The notes beneath the pieces were generated by a model that was not told the DNA's origin, did not search any database, and saw only the letters and a list, made by a program, of their open reading frames with translations. A DNA stretch of 64,000 nt from Vicinamibacterales bacterium. Lineage in GTDB: Bacteria; Acidobacteriota; Vicinamibacteria; Vicinamibacterales; SCN-69-37. Every line of letters begins with the position of its first letter. Position 1 is the stretch's first letter. The position numbers and the translations under genes are program-made. Below are positions 45,086-54,681 of the stretch, piece by piece. The stretch is taken from contig DASZOV010000124.1 of assembly GCA_035550595.1 (NCBI GenBank), positions 11,135-75,134 of the forward strand, in the 5' to 3' direction.

Positions 45086-46621
45086 TCACATCACGGCGCC
45101 GACCTGCCAGGGCACGAACTCGTTGTCGCCGTAACCGAGATCCTCGGACTTGGTCCGCTCGCCCGACGCGACGCGCAGAATCGTCTGGAAGATCTCTTCA
45201 CCCTTCGCCTCGATGCTCACGCCCTCGAGGATGTCGCCGCAGTTGAGATCCATGTCGTCGATCATCCGCTGGTAGGTCACCGAGTTGGTCGCGAGCTTGA
45301 TCGATGGCGTCGGCTTGCAGCCATAGGCCGAGCCGCGGCCGGTCGTGAAACAGAGGATGTTGGCGCCGCCCGCGACCTGGCCCGTGGCCGACACCGGATC
45401 GTAGCCCGGCGTGTCCATGAAGACGAAGCCCTTCGCCGTGACGGGCTCCGCGTAGTGGTACACCGCGCGCAAGGTCGTCGTGCCGCCCTTGGCCGCCGCA
45501 CCGAGCGACTTCTCGAGGATCGTCGTCAGCCCACCGAGCTTGTTGCCCGGCGATGGATTGTTGTTCATCTCCATCAGATTGCGGCGCGTGTAGTCCTCCC
45601 ACCAGCGGATGATCTCGACGAGCGTCTCGCCCACCTCGCGCGTGGCCGCGCGCCGCGTGAGCAGGTGCTCGGCGCCGTAGATCTCCGGCGTCTCCGAGAG
45701 AATCGCCGTCCCGCCATGACGCACGAGCCGATCGACGGCCGCACCGAGCGCGGGATTGGCCGTGATGCCCGAATAGCCGTCCGACCCGCCGCACTGGAGC
45801 GCGAGCACGAGCTCGGATGCCGGCACCGTCTCGCGATGCACGTCGTTCGCCACGGGCAGCATCGCCTTGATGGCTTCGACGCCGGCCGCGACGGTCTTGC
45901 GCGTGCCGCCGGCTTCCTGAATCGTCATCGTGCGGAAGCGCTCGTTCTCCTCGATGCCGTACGCCTGCTTGAACCGCGCAATCTGAAAGCCCTCGCAGCC
46001 GAGCCCGACCATGACGACACCGCCCATGTTGGGATTGGCGGCATAACCCCAACTCGTCCGTTTGAGGATGTCGAAGATCGCGCCGCGATAGTCGATGACG
46101 CAGCCGTTCGCCTGCACGAGTGGGACGATGCCGTCGATGTTCGGATAGTCGGCGAGGATGCCGGACCGTTCGATCTCGCGCGCCATCAGCATGGCGACGG
46201 TCGCCGAGCAGTTCACGCTGCTCAGCACGCCGATGTAGTTGCGTGTACCGACCTTCCCGCTCGCGCGCCGATAGCCCTGAAAGGTCGCGCGCTGTTCAAT
46301 CGGCAGCACCGGCTCGTCCTTCGCATCGACGGCGAAGGCGTAGTCGCGCTGGAAGTCGTGCATGCCGACGTTGTGCTCGTGGATCCAGTCGCCCGGCACA
46401 ATCGGCTTGGTCGCGAAGCCGATGATCTGTCCGAACTTGCGGATTGGCTCACCGACGGCAATCGGCACGACCGCCATCTTGTGGCCGGGCGGAATCCGCG
46501 CGCGTGCCGTGACGCCCTCGGCCTGCATGCCCTTCTCGATGTCGTCGACCGCGACGACGAGATTGTCGGTGGGATTCAGGCGGATGATCCGCGCGTCGGA
46601 CGTGGCTGTCGGTGCACTCAT
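45086..46621 (-). CDS. UxaA-family sugar-acid dehydratase (altronate/galactarate dehydratase-like) with N-terminal SAF domain
   Basis: 511 aa. SAF-like N-terminus (DNLVVAVDDIEKG...IPPGHKMAV) and a UxaA C-terminal core. Confidence 0.85.
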   Translation of the reverse strand: MSAPTATSDARIIRLNPTDNLVVAVDDIEKGMQAEGVTARARIPPGHKMAVVPIAVGEPIRKFGQIIGFATKPIVPGDWIHEHNVGMHDFQRDYAFAVDAKDEPVLPIEQRATFQGYRRASGKVGTRNYIGVLSSVNCSATVAMLMAREIERSGILADYPNIDGIVPLVQANGCVIDYRGAIFDILKRTSWGYAANPNMGGVVMVGLGCEGFQIARFKQAYGIEENERFRTMTIQEAGGTRKTVAAGVEAIKAMLPVANDVHRETVPASELVLALQCGGSDGYSGITANPALGAAVDRLVRHGGTAILSETPEIYGAEHLLTRRAATREVGETLVEIIRWWEDYTRRNLMEMNNNPSPGNKLGGLTTILEKSLGAAAKGGTTTLRAVYHYAEPVTAKGFVFMDTPGYDPVSATGQVAGGANILCFTTGRGSAYGCKPTPSIKLATNSVTYQRMIDDMDLNCGDILEGVSIEAKGEEIFQTILRVASGERTKSEDLGYGDNEFVPWQVGAVM

Positions 46622-46709
46622 GATCGGCTCGGCTCTGTCTTCATGTTAGCGTGTCAGCACCTCGGCGCGTCGCGGGTCCGCATGCGGCGTCCGCCAGGAT
46701 TGTCGTCGC

Positions 46710-47735
46710 ATGCGCACTCGTACGTTCCACGCGCCCTCGGGCGCCACGCTCACGTTCACCGCGCTCGGCCAGGGCTGCGCGCCGCTCGGCAACCTCTATC
46801 GGCCCATCTCGGAACGGCAGGCCCAGGACACGCTCGAGGCCGCCTGGCGAGCCGGCATCCGGCACTTCGACGTCGCGCCGCTCTATGGCCTCGGCCTTGC
46901 CGAGACGCGGCTGAACCACTTCCTGCGCGGCCGGCCGCGCGATCGATACGTCCTGTCAACCAAGGTCGGCCGCCTGCTGACCGTCTGTCCGTCCGCGGAA
47001 CGAACGGGACGAGGCGCGTATTTCGACACGCCGTCGCGACGTGAAGTCTACGACTACACCTATGACGGCGTCATGCGCTCGTTCGAGGACTCACTCGAGC
47101 GGCTCGGCGTGGATCGGGTGGACGTCCTCTACGCGCACGACCTCGACGTCTTCACCCACGGATCAGCGGCCCCGCGCGACGCGCACGTTCGCACGTTCAT
47201 GCGCGGCGGCTACCGCGCGCTCCTCCGGCTGCGCGCGAGCGGTGTCGTCCAGGCAATTGGCGCGGGCGTGAACGAATGGGAAGTGTGTCAGACGCTCGCC
47301 GAGCGCGGCGATTTCGATCTCTTCCTGCTGGCCGGCCGCTACACGCTGCTCGAACAGGACGCACTCGAGACGTTCCTGCCGCTCTGCGAACGGCGCGGCA
47401 TCGGCATCGTGATCGGCGGGCCCTACAACTCGGGCATCCTCGCCACCGGCGCGAAGCCGGGCGCGTTCTACAACTACCGCCCCGCGCCTCGTGCAGTGCT
47501 TGCGCGCGTACGCAAGATCGACGCGGTGTGCCACACGCATGGCGTGGCCCTCGTCGAAGCCGCGCTGCGCTTCCCCTTCGGCCACCCGTCAGTCGTCTCG
47601 GTCATTCCCGGTGCGGCTCATCCACGCGAAGTCGCCCGCAACGTGCGCACGCTCGCGGCGAAAATCCCGCGCGCGCTCTGGACGGACTTGCGTGCGGCTG
47701 GGCTGATTCGTGAGGACGCGCCTCTACCGCGATAA
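46710..47735 (+). CDS. Aldo/keto reductase
   Basis: GCAPLGNLY...FDVAPLYG...YAHD motifs, 341 aa. Confidence 0.85.
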   Translation: MRTRTFHAPSGATLTFTALGQGCAPLGNLYRPISERQAQDTLEAAWRAGIRHFDVAPLYGLGLAETRLNHFLRGRPRDRYVLSTKVGRLLTVCPSAERTGRGAYFDTPSRREVYDYTYDGVMRSFEDSLERLGVDRVDVLYAHDLDVFTHGSAAPRDAHVRTFMRGGYRALLRLRASGVVQAIGAGVNEWEVCQTLAERGDFDLFLLAGRYTLLEQDALETFLPLCERRGIGIVIGGPYNSGILATGAKPGAFYNYRPAPRAVLARVRKIDAVCHTHGVALVEAALRFPFGHPSVVSVIPGAAHPREVARNVRTLAAKIPRALWTDLRAAGLIREDAPLPR

Positions 47736-47757
47736 CGGCGCGCAACCCCGCGGGCTT

Positions 47758-47791
47758 GTGGAGCTCTAGGCCTTCAGGCCCAAGGCTCCAC
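47758..47791. terminator. GC hairpin between convergent genes (no U-tract)
   Basis: gtggagc...gctccac with an inner ggcc-ttca-ggcc. Confidence 0.4.
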
Positions 47792-47799
47792 GGACCTCC

Positions 47800-50574
47800 T
47801 CAGTCCGCACGCAAGGTCTCGATCGGATCGATGCGCAGCGCGCGCACCATCGGCCGCGCGGAGGCGAGCAGGCTGCTGATGACGATGGCGGCTGCAGCGA
47901 TGGCCAGTGTCGCGGGATCGTGACTGCGTGCGCCGTACAGGAATCGATCGGCGAACCGGCCACCCCACCAGGCGAGTAGAACGCCAGCGGCGAGACCGGC
48001 TGTGAGCGGCCGCGCAACGCGCGCAAGAATTGCGGCCGTCACATGCCGCGGCCGGGCGCCGAGCGCCATCCGCACACCGACCTCCTTCCGGTCGCGAACG
48101 ACGACCGAGGACACAAGGCTGTAGACGCCGACGATCGTCAGCACCAGCGCGAGCGCGCCGAGCAGCGTGAGCAGCGCGCGCCCCAGCCGCTGCGGCATCA
48201 GCAAGTCGTCCACCGCCTCACCCACCGTTCGCACCGACTCCACGGAGAAGCCGGCGTCTCGCGCGAACTTCGTGACGGTCGGCACGAACGCGGCGTCCCC
48301 GCTCGTCCGAATGACGACGGGGGCACGCCCACTGCCTGCAGTCAGTCCGGCGAGGAACGCCCGGTTCTGCGATGGCGCCCGATAGATGACGAGCGGCGCC
48401 GTGTCGCGAAGATCGTGCAGAGTGACGTCGGCCGCGACGCCAATCACCAGCGCCGGCGTGCCGGCGAACGAGCGGATCGTCGACGCCGTCAGGTGGTGTC
48501 CGACCGCCGCGCTGTGCGGCCAGAATGCGTGCGCCGCCGACGCGCTCAGAATGACGACGGGTTCTGTACTCTCGGCATCGCTGTCGTTGAATTCCCGCCC
48601 CTGCAGGATGGGCTGCTGAAGCGTTCGAAAATAGTCAGCGGCGGCGTAGGTCTCCACGACAGGTGCGGACGGTGTCGTCGGGACGCCGTCGACGGCCACG
48701 TGTTCGACCGGAAAGTCGAGAAGGTTCACGAGCGGCACCATTCCATCCGTCGCCGCTACGACTCCCGGGAGCTGGCGCACGGCCGCGACGAAGGCATCCG
48801 TCTTCGCCAGCCCGGCGAAGCGGTCGCCGCCGCGGTCTTTGGTCGAAAGCGAGACCGCCAACAGACCGTCGGGGTTGAAGCCAGGATCGATCGCGAGTGC
48901 CGAGACCATGGTCCTCACGAACAAGGCGGCCGCGAAGACGAGCACGACGCCAATCGTGGCTTGCGCACCGACGAGGACGCGTGCCATGTCGAAGCGTCCG
49001 ATCACCGGTCGATGGCGCTGGCCACCGGCGGTCAGGCGCCAGCGCGTCACTCGCGTCGCCGGTGCGATCCCGATCAACACGGCGGCGGCGACGGCCAACG
49101 GTGCCGTCCAGCACAGCACGCGGGATGCGCTCATCGGTGGCAGCGTCGAGACGCTGATCGCACCCGGAAGCACGAAGGCGCTGAACGCGCGTTCGATCCA
49201 TTGCGCCACGACGACCGCGGCCAGTCCCCCGGCGGCCGCGATCACGGCGGCTTCGGCCACGATCGGCCGGATGAGCCGCGCCCGGCTCGCACCGAGCGCC
49301 GCGCGGACGGTGATTTCCTCGTGCCGTTCGTCGACGCGTGCGGCGAGCATGCTCGCGAGATTGGCGCAGCCGAGGAGCAGCGTCAACGCCACCGCGGCGC
49401 CGAGGACAGTCATGAACTGACGGACGGTGGATCTGGCGTCGAGCGGCAGGACCGTGTCGACGAGCGGCACGAGGCGCCAGGAAGCCGCTATCGGTCGATT
49501 CTCAATCACCCCGTTCGCGACGAGCGACGTCAGTTCCGCCTGCGCCGGAGCCAGGCGTTCAGCGGCGACACGCGCGATGACCACGAAGTCCGTGAGAGGC
49601 GACACGTCGGAGATCGTCATCGATGTCGTCGCACCTTGCACGGGCGAGAACATCCCGCCATGCCCGTCGGTCTCGTATCCAGGGCCGACCGCCAGCCGCG
49701 CGCCGGCCATGACCGGCAAGAACACGGCTGGCGGGGTGGCGTCGATTTCCACGTCGGTGAACGTCGCGGGCGCGACGCCGACGATCGTCGTCTGCACGCC
49801 GTTGACGGAGATCGTGCGACCGACCGCCGCCGGATCGGCGGCGAACCGCCGGCGCCAGAACGCGTGGCTCAACACGGCCACGGGCGGCGCAGCCGCATCG
49901 TCCCGTTGCCCGGCGAAGTCGCGCCCGACCGCCATGTCGACACCCAGGACGCGGAAGAAATTGGACGAGACGAACCGGCCGTCCACGGCCTCGGCGGCAG
50001 CGTCGCCGGGCCCAGCCACGACGATCTGACGCGTCGCCGGATCTGCCGCGCGCGTGACGACGGCCACGTCGTCGACCGTACGCATGTTTCGAATGGCCTC
50101 GACGTTCGCCCACCACGTGTAGGTATACGGCGTCGACTTGCCTCGAATGGATATCGTCCGCTCGAACACGAACAGCTGGTCCGGATCGCGGACGTCGAGC
50201 GGGTGCAGCAGAATGCGATCGATGAGCGTGAAGATGGCGAGGTTCGCGCCGACCGCGAGCGCCAAGGTCACGACCGCGCCAATCGCGAACGCCGGCGAGT
50301 GCCGCAGCCGGCGCAGCGCATCGCGCACGTCCTGGACGAGCGCGCCGGCCGTCGATTCCCAACCGATGTCGCGCGCGTAGTCTTTCACCGCCTCGACGCT
50401 GCCCACGTCCAGGCGCGCCGCGCGTTCGGCGTCGCGCAGTCCCAATCCCAATCGCCCGTGCGCCCGCTTCGCCTCTTCGAGATAGCTCGCGAGTTCCTCG
50501 TCGAGCGCCTGCTCGGCGTCATCCCGCCGACGCCACGCCCGCCAGCCGCCGATGAAGCGCGAATACCAGGACAT
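47800..50574 (-). CDS. ADOP-family duplicated FtsX/MacB-like permease (tandem paralogue 2)
   Basis: 924 aa. The N-terminal ~140 aa are nearly identical to the upstream paralogue. Confidence 0.85.
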   Translation of the reverse strand: MSWYSRFIGGWRAWRRRDDAEQALDEELASYLEEAKRAHGRLGLGLRDAERAARLDVGSVEAVKDYARDIGWESTAGALVQDVRDALRRLRHSPAFAIGAVVTLALAVGANLAIFTLIDRILLHPLDVRDPDQLFVFERTISIRGKSTPYTYTWWANVEAIRNMRTVDDVAVVTRAADPATRQIVVAGPGDAAAEAVDGRFVSSNFFRVLGVDMAVGRDFAGQRDDAAAPPVAVLSHAFWRRRFAADPAAVGRTISVNGVQTTIVGVAPATFTDVEIDATPPAVFLPVMAGARLAVGPGYETDGHGGMFSPVQGATTSMTISDVSPLTDFVVIARVAAERLAPAQAELTSLVANGVIENRPIAASWRLVPLVDTVLPLDARSTVRQFMTVLGAAVALTLLLGCANLASMLAARVDERHEEITVRAALGASRARLIRPIVAEAAVIAAAGGLAAVVVAQWIERAFSAFVLPGAISVSTLPPMSASRVLCWTAPLAVAAAVLIGIAPATRVTRWRLTAGGQRHRPVIGRFDMARVLVGAQATIGVVLVFAAALFVRTMVSALAIDPGFNPDGLLAVSLSTKDRGGDRFAGLAKTDAFVAAVRQLPGVVAATDGMVPLVNLLDFPVEHVAVDGVPTTPSAPVVETYAAADYFRTLQQPILQGREFNDSDAESTEPVVILSASAAHAFWPHSAAVGHHLTASTIRSFAGTPALVIGVAADVTLHDLRDTAPLVIYRAPSQNRAFLAGLTAGSGRAPVVIRTSGDAAFVPTVTKFARDAGFSVESVRTVGEAVDDLLMPQRLGRALLTLLGALALVLTIVGVYSLVSSVVVRDRKEVGVRMALGARPRHVTAAILARVARPLTAGLAAGVLLAWWGGRFADRFLYGARSHDPATLAIAAAAIVISSLLASARPMVRALRIDPIETLRAD

Positions 50575-50603
50575 GCCACGGTTTCCTTTTCCAGTGATCC
50601 GAT

Positions 50604-53345
50604 CTATTCCGACCGCAGTGTCTCGATCGGATCGATACGCAGGGCTCGCCGCATCGGCGCCACTGCCGCGAACACGCCGCCCACGATGATCGCGACGACC
50701 GCAATCGCCGTCGTCGTCGCATCGTCACCGTGTAAGCCGTACAGAAAGCGATCCGCGAAGCGCCCGCCCCACCAGACGAGCAGGACGCCGACCGTGACGC
50801 CGGCGGCAATTGGCGCGACCGTGCGGATCATGATTTCCCGGACGATGTGGCCACGGCGCGCGCCAAGGGCCAGGCGCACGCCGATCTCCTTTCGATCGCG
50901 ACTGACGATGGACGAGACCAGGCTGTAGGCGCCGATGAGAGTCAACACCAGAGCGAGCGCCGCGAGCAGCGTCAGCAGTTCGCGGCCCAACCGTTGTGGA
51001 AGGAGAAGCGAGGCGATCGCGCTGTCGACCGAACGCACCGAATCGAGCCGGGAGCCGGTCGCCGCCGCGGCGGCCTTGAGCATGGGCACGACAGGCCTGG
51101 AATCCCCGCTCGTCCGCACGATGGCCCGCGTCACGCCATGGTGGAACCTCGAATAGACGACAAGGAAATAGGGGTTCTGTGACATCGGGCGATAGATCAC
51201 GAGCGGCGCGGTGTCGTGCAGATGGTGCAGCGCGACGTCCGCCGCGACGCCGACGACGACCATCGTATTGCCCTGAAAACTCACCTGGTGCCCAAGGGCG
51301 TCGTCGTTCGGCCACAACAGACGAGCCAGCGACGCGCTCACCACGGTAACCCGGCGCGCTTTGGGCCCATCCCGGTCGTCGAATCCACGCCCACGCAGTA
51401 CGGCCTGTCGCAGGGTCTGGAAGTACTCGTCCGAGACGTTGACGTCGTCTGGCGGCACTGGCAGAGTGACGGGGACCCCGTCCGCCTGGACTTGAAGCAC
51501 GGCGAAACCCAGGTCGTCGACGATCGGCGCCTCGCCGGCGGCCGCGTCCGTCACGCCGGGCAGATGCCGCGCTCGCTCGGCGAAGGCATCGGCCGCCGTG
51601 GCGCCCGCACGCCAGTCGCCACCCTGCACCGACAACGACACGGAGAGGAGATGGTGCGGATCGAATCCGAGATCCATCGTCAGGGCCTTCGTCATGGTCC
51701 GCGAGAACAGAACGGCACCGAACACGAGGACCACGCTGATGGCCGCTTGCGTGGCAACGCACAGGCGGGTCGCACGCAGTCGCCTGGTCGCACCGCGCTG
51801 GCCTTGCATCCCAGGCGTCGGATCGGCGCCGACCGCGCGCGCTGCTGGCATGCACATGACCACCGCGGCGGCGATCATCATCACGACGGCGAGCCCAAGA
51901 TGGCCGCTGTCGTCCGCACGCAAGGCGGCAATGGCCACGCCGTCCGGCAGGACGAAGGTCGCGAGGCTGCGTTCGATGGCCTGCGCCACCAGAGCGGCCA
52001 CCATTCCCCCGCTTGCCACCAGCAGGCCGGCCTCTACGATGATGGGTTGAACGAGCCGGCCGCGACTGGCCCCGAGCGCGGCCCGAATCGCCAGCTCCGG
52101 CCGCCGCCCTTCGACGCGCGCGAGCATCAGGCCGGCCAGATTGGCACATCCGATGAGCAGCGTCAGCGCGACCGCCGCCGCCAGCAACCACACAAAGGTT
52201 CGAACATCCACCTGCGTATCGCGCGTGTGAGAAGAACGGATGCCGCCGGGCAACACGACATCCGCCAGGGGCACGATCGACCAGACCTCGTCGGGCACGC
52301 GAACGTCGAACGTGCCGGAATTGCGAAGGACCTCCAATTCCGCGCGCACGAGCCTTTCACGGCCGGCCGCCACGCGCGCGATGACCGTGAACGCGGACAA
52401 TGGTGTCACGGCCGGGGCCGTCGGCGAGGTCTCGCCGGCCGGCTTCGCACCAGGATCGGTGGCGAGTCGAGAACCGGCCAGGACTGGCAGAAACAGGGCG
52501 GGCGGATTCGTCCCGACCCACACGTCCGCGAACGTCGGTGGCGCGACGCCGACAATCGTCGTGGGCACGCCGTTGACTGTCATCGTTCGTCCGACGATGG
52601 TCGGATCCGCGCCAAATCGGCGGCGCCAGAATGCGCTGCCCAGCACCGCAGCCGGCGGCGCTCGTGGATCGTCCTGTTGAGCGGCGAAGTCGCTGCCGAG
52701 CGCCATCTCGACGCCCAGGACGCGGAAGAAGTTGGCCGAGACGAACCGGCCGTCCACGGTCTCCTCGGCCCGATCGTCCGGACCTGCAATGACGAGATGA
52801 CGAGTGGCCCGGTCGGTGGCCCGCGTGACCACGGCAGCGCCAGCGACTGTACTCATGTGCCGGAGGCGATCGGCGTTCGACCACCAGGTGTCCGACAGAG
52901 GCGTCGCTTCGCCACCAATAACCATCGTCCGCTCGAACACGAACAACTGGTCCGGATCGCGCACGTCGAGCGGGTGCAGCAGGATGCGATCGATGAGCGT
53001 GAAGATGGCGAGGTTGGCGCCGACCGCGAGCGCCAAGGTCACGACCGCGCCGATCGTGAACGCCGGTGAGTGCCGCAGCCGCCGCAGCGCGTCGCGGACG
53101 TCCTGGACGAACGCGCTGGCCGTCGATTCCCAACCGACGTCGCGCGTGTAGTCTTTCACTGCCTCAACGCTGCCCACGTCCAGTCGCGCCGCGCGTTCGG
53201 CGTCGCGCAGTCCCAGCCCCAGACGCCGGTGCGCGTCCCTCGCCGCCTCTAGATAGCTCGCGAGCTCGTCGTCGAGATCCTGCTCGGTGTCGTCCCGCCG
53301 TCGCCACGCGCGCCAGCCGGCGACGATGCGCGAATACCAGGACAT
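50604..53345 (-). CDS. ADOP-family duplicated FtsX/MacB-like permease (tandem paralogue 1)
   Basis: 913 aa. Same architecture, with a 29-nt gap to paralogue 2. Confidence 0.85.
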   Translation of the reverse strand: MSWYSRIVAGWRAWRRRDDTEQDLDDELASYLEAARDAHRRLGLGLRDAERAARLDVGSVEAVKDYTRDVGWESTASAFVQDVRDALRRLRHSPAFTIGAVVTLALAVGANLAIFTLIDRILLHPLDVRDPDQLFVFERTMVIGGEATPLSDTWWSNADRLRHMSTVAGAAVVTRATDRATRHLVIAGPDDRAEETVDGRFVSANFFRVLGVEMALGSDFAAQQDDPRAPPAAVLGSAFWRRRFGADPTIVGRTMTVNGVPTTIVGVAPPTFADVWVGTNPPALFLPVLAGSRLATDPGAKPAGETSPTAPAVTPLSAFTVIARVAAGRERLVRAELEVLRNSGTFDVRVPDEVWSIVPLADVVLPGGIRSSHTRDTQVDVRTFVWLLAAAVALTLLIGCANLAGLMLARVEGRRPELAIRAALGASRGRLVQPIIVEAGLLVASGGMVAALVAQAIERSLATFVLPDGVAIAALRADDSGHLGLAVVMMIAAAVVMCMPAARAVGADPTPGMQGQRGATRRLRATRLCVATQAAISVVLVFGAVLFSRTMTKALTMDLGFDPHHLLSVSLSVQGGDWRAGATAADAFAERARHLPGVTDAAAGEAPIVDDLGFAVLQVQADGVPVTLPVPPDDVNVSDEYFQTLRQAVLRGRGFDDRDGPKARRVTVVSASLARLLWPNDDALGHQVSFQGNTMVVVGVAADVALHHLHDTAPLVIYRPMSQNPYFLVVYSRFHHGVTRAIVRTSGDSRPVVPMLKAAAAATGSRLDSVRSVDSAIASLLLPQRLGRELLTLLAALALVLTLIGAYSLVSSIVSRDRKEIGVRLALGARRGHIVREIMIRTVAPIAAGVTVGVLLVWWGGRFADRFLYGLHGDDATTTAIAVVAIIVGGVFAAVAPMRRALRIDPIETLRSE

Positions 53346-53397
53346 GTACGACTCCTACTCAGCAGAAGACAGGAAGCAGGGAACAGGCAACTGCCCC

Positions 53398-53465
53398 GTC
53401 ATCTTCTCTTGATCCACTAGATGACCGTCGCAGTCTTGCGCCGTTCATCTTGATTGTCAAGATGA
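53398..53465. repeat. Fragment of the GTCATCTTC repeat family forming two hairpins
   Basis: gtcatct...agatgac (53398-53425) and tcatcttga-ttg-tcaagatga (53445-53465), downstream of nagA on the minus strand. Confidence 0.7.
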
Positions 53466-53484
53466 GTCAGGATCCTCGGCGAGA

Positions 53485-54675
53485 TCAGCCTCGGAATACC
53501 CGCTCGCCGGCGAGGTAGGTCTCCTCGACGTGGACTGAGCCGTCGGCAGGATCGACGCGGAACCGCACGAGATCCGCGCGCTCGCCCACCGCCAGCCCCT
53601 GCACGCGTCCCTCGACGCGGCCGGCATTCGCTGGATTGATGGTCGCCATGGTGACGGCATCGGCCAGCGAGACTCCGGCGAGTCGCATGACGCTCGCGAT
53701 CGCATGATCGAGACGCAACGCGGATCCCGCCAGCCGATCGCCGCCCGCGAGGACGACGCGACCGTCGGGCGTGAGGTCGATGGGTTGATCGCCGAGATGG
53801 TAGCGTCCCGGCATGGCACAGGCCGGTGCGCTGGCGTCGGTCACGAGGACGGATTGGCCGACGCCTTTCGCTCGAATGGCCACGGTCAGAAACGACGCGG
53901 GCAGATGGATGCCGTCGACGATAAAGCTGGCCGCCAGGCGATCGTCGGCCAGTTGATCCCAGATGTAGTTGGGATGCCGGCGCATGACGGCGTGCGCGCC
54001 GTTGCCGAGGTGCGTCGACATCGTCGCGCCGGCTGACACGGCATCGGCAAGCTGAGCTGATGTCGCGGCCGTGTGGCCAATCGCGACGACCACGCCGCGC
54101 GCGACGGCCGCTTCGATGTATCGCGTCGCACCAGGCCATTCCGGTGCAAGCGTGACCATCCGCAGATGCCCCTGCGCCGCATCCTGCCAACGCGCGAGCT
54201 CGTCGACGTCCGGCGCGCGCACCCACGCCCTCGGATGCGCGCCGCGTGGGCCATCGTCTGGCGAGATGTGCGGCCCTTCGACGTGGAAGCCATCGAAGAC
54301 ATCACCGAGCGGCAACGTCTCGCGAGCGGCGGCAAGGTTGGCGAGCGCGGCGCAGATCGCCTCGGGCGCTGCCGTAATGACCGTCGGCCACGCGCGCGTC
54401 ACTCCGGTCGACAGCAACGCGTCGATTGATCGGGCGAGATCGTCGATGGGAACGTTCGGCGTGTTGTAGTCGACGCCGCCGAAGCCGTTGACTTGGAGAT
54501 CGATCCATCCAGGCGCGAGATAGCTCTCATCGCCGGACGCGCGCTGTTCGATCGACTCGATGGCTCGATCGAATGTCAGCGCGATCGGCTGTCCCGTGCG
54601 AACGTCGAGCCCGTGCAGCGTCTTCACGTGTGCGTGACGAACGGGCGATGGCGACCGAAAGCCGGCGGCCGACAC
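53485..54675 (-). CDS. nagA: N-acetylglucosamine-6-phosphate deacetylase-like amidohydrolase
   Basis: APGWIDLQVNGFGGVDYN, HVEGP, AIGHTAAT, STHLGNG and LVTDA motifs. Confidence 0.82.
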   Translation of the reverse strand: MSAAGFRSPSPVRHAHVKTLHGLDVRTGQPIALTFDRAIESIEQRASGDESYLAPGWIDLQVNGFGGVDYNTPNVPIDDLARSIDALLSTGVTRAWPTVITAAPEAICAALANLAAARETLPLGDVFDGFHVEGPHISPDDGPRGAHPRAWVRAPDVDELARWQDAAQGHLRMVTLAPEWPGATRYIEAAVARGVVVAIGHTAATSAQLADAVSAGATMSTHLGNGAHAVMRRHPNYIWDQLADDRLAASFIVDGIHLPASFLTVAIRAKGVGQSVLVTDASAPACAMPGRYHLGDQPIDLTPDGRVVLAGGDRLAGSALRLDHAIASVMRLAGVSLADAVTMATINPANAGRVEGRVQGLAVGERADLVRFRVDPADGSVHVEETYLAGERVFRG

Positions 54676-54681
54676 ATGCGC

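Noticed and set aside
48043-50928. 961-aa plus-strand ORF, the longest in the track. Similar long ORFs occur at 51216-53069, 33146-35116, 44882-47044, 54493-56433, 18660-20132 and 15880-17397 (plus strand) and at 35708-37513 and 496-1821 (minus strand).
   Set aside because: All lie antisense to, or out of frame with, genes that carry clear family motifs. Their translations are Arg/Asp/His/Gly-rich low-complexity strings typical of non-coding frames in very GC-rich DNA, where stop codons are rare.
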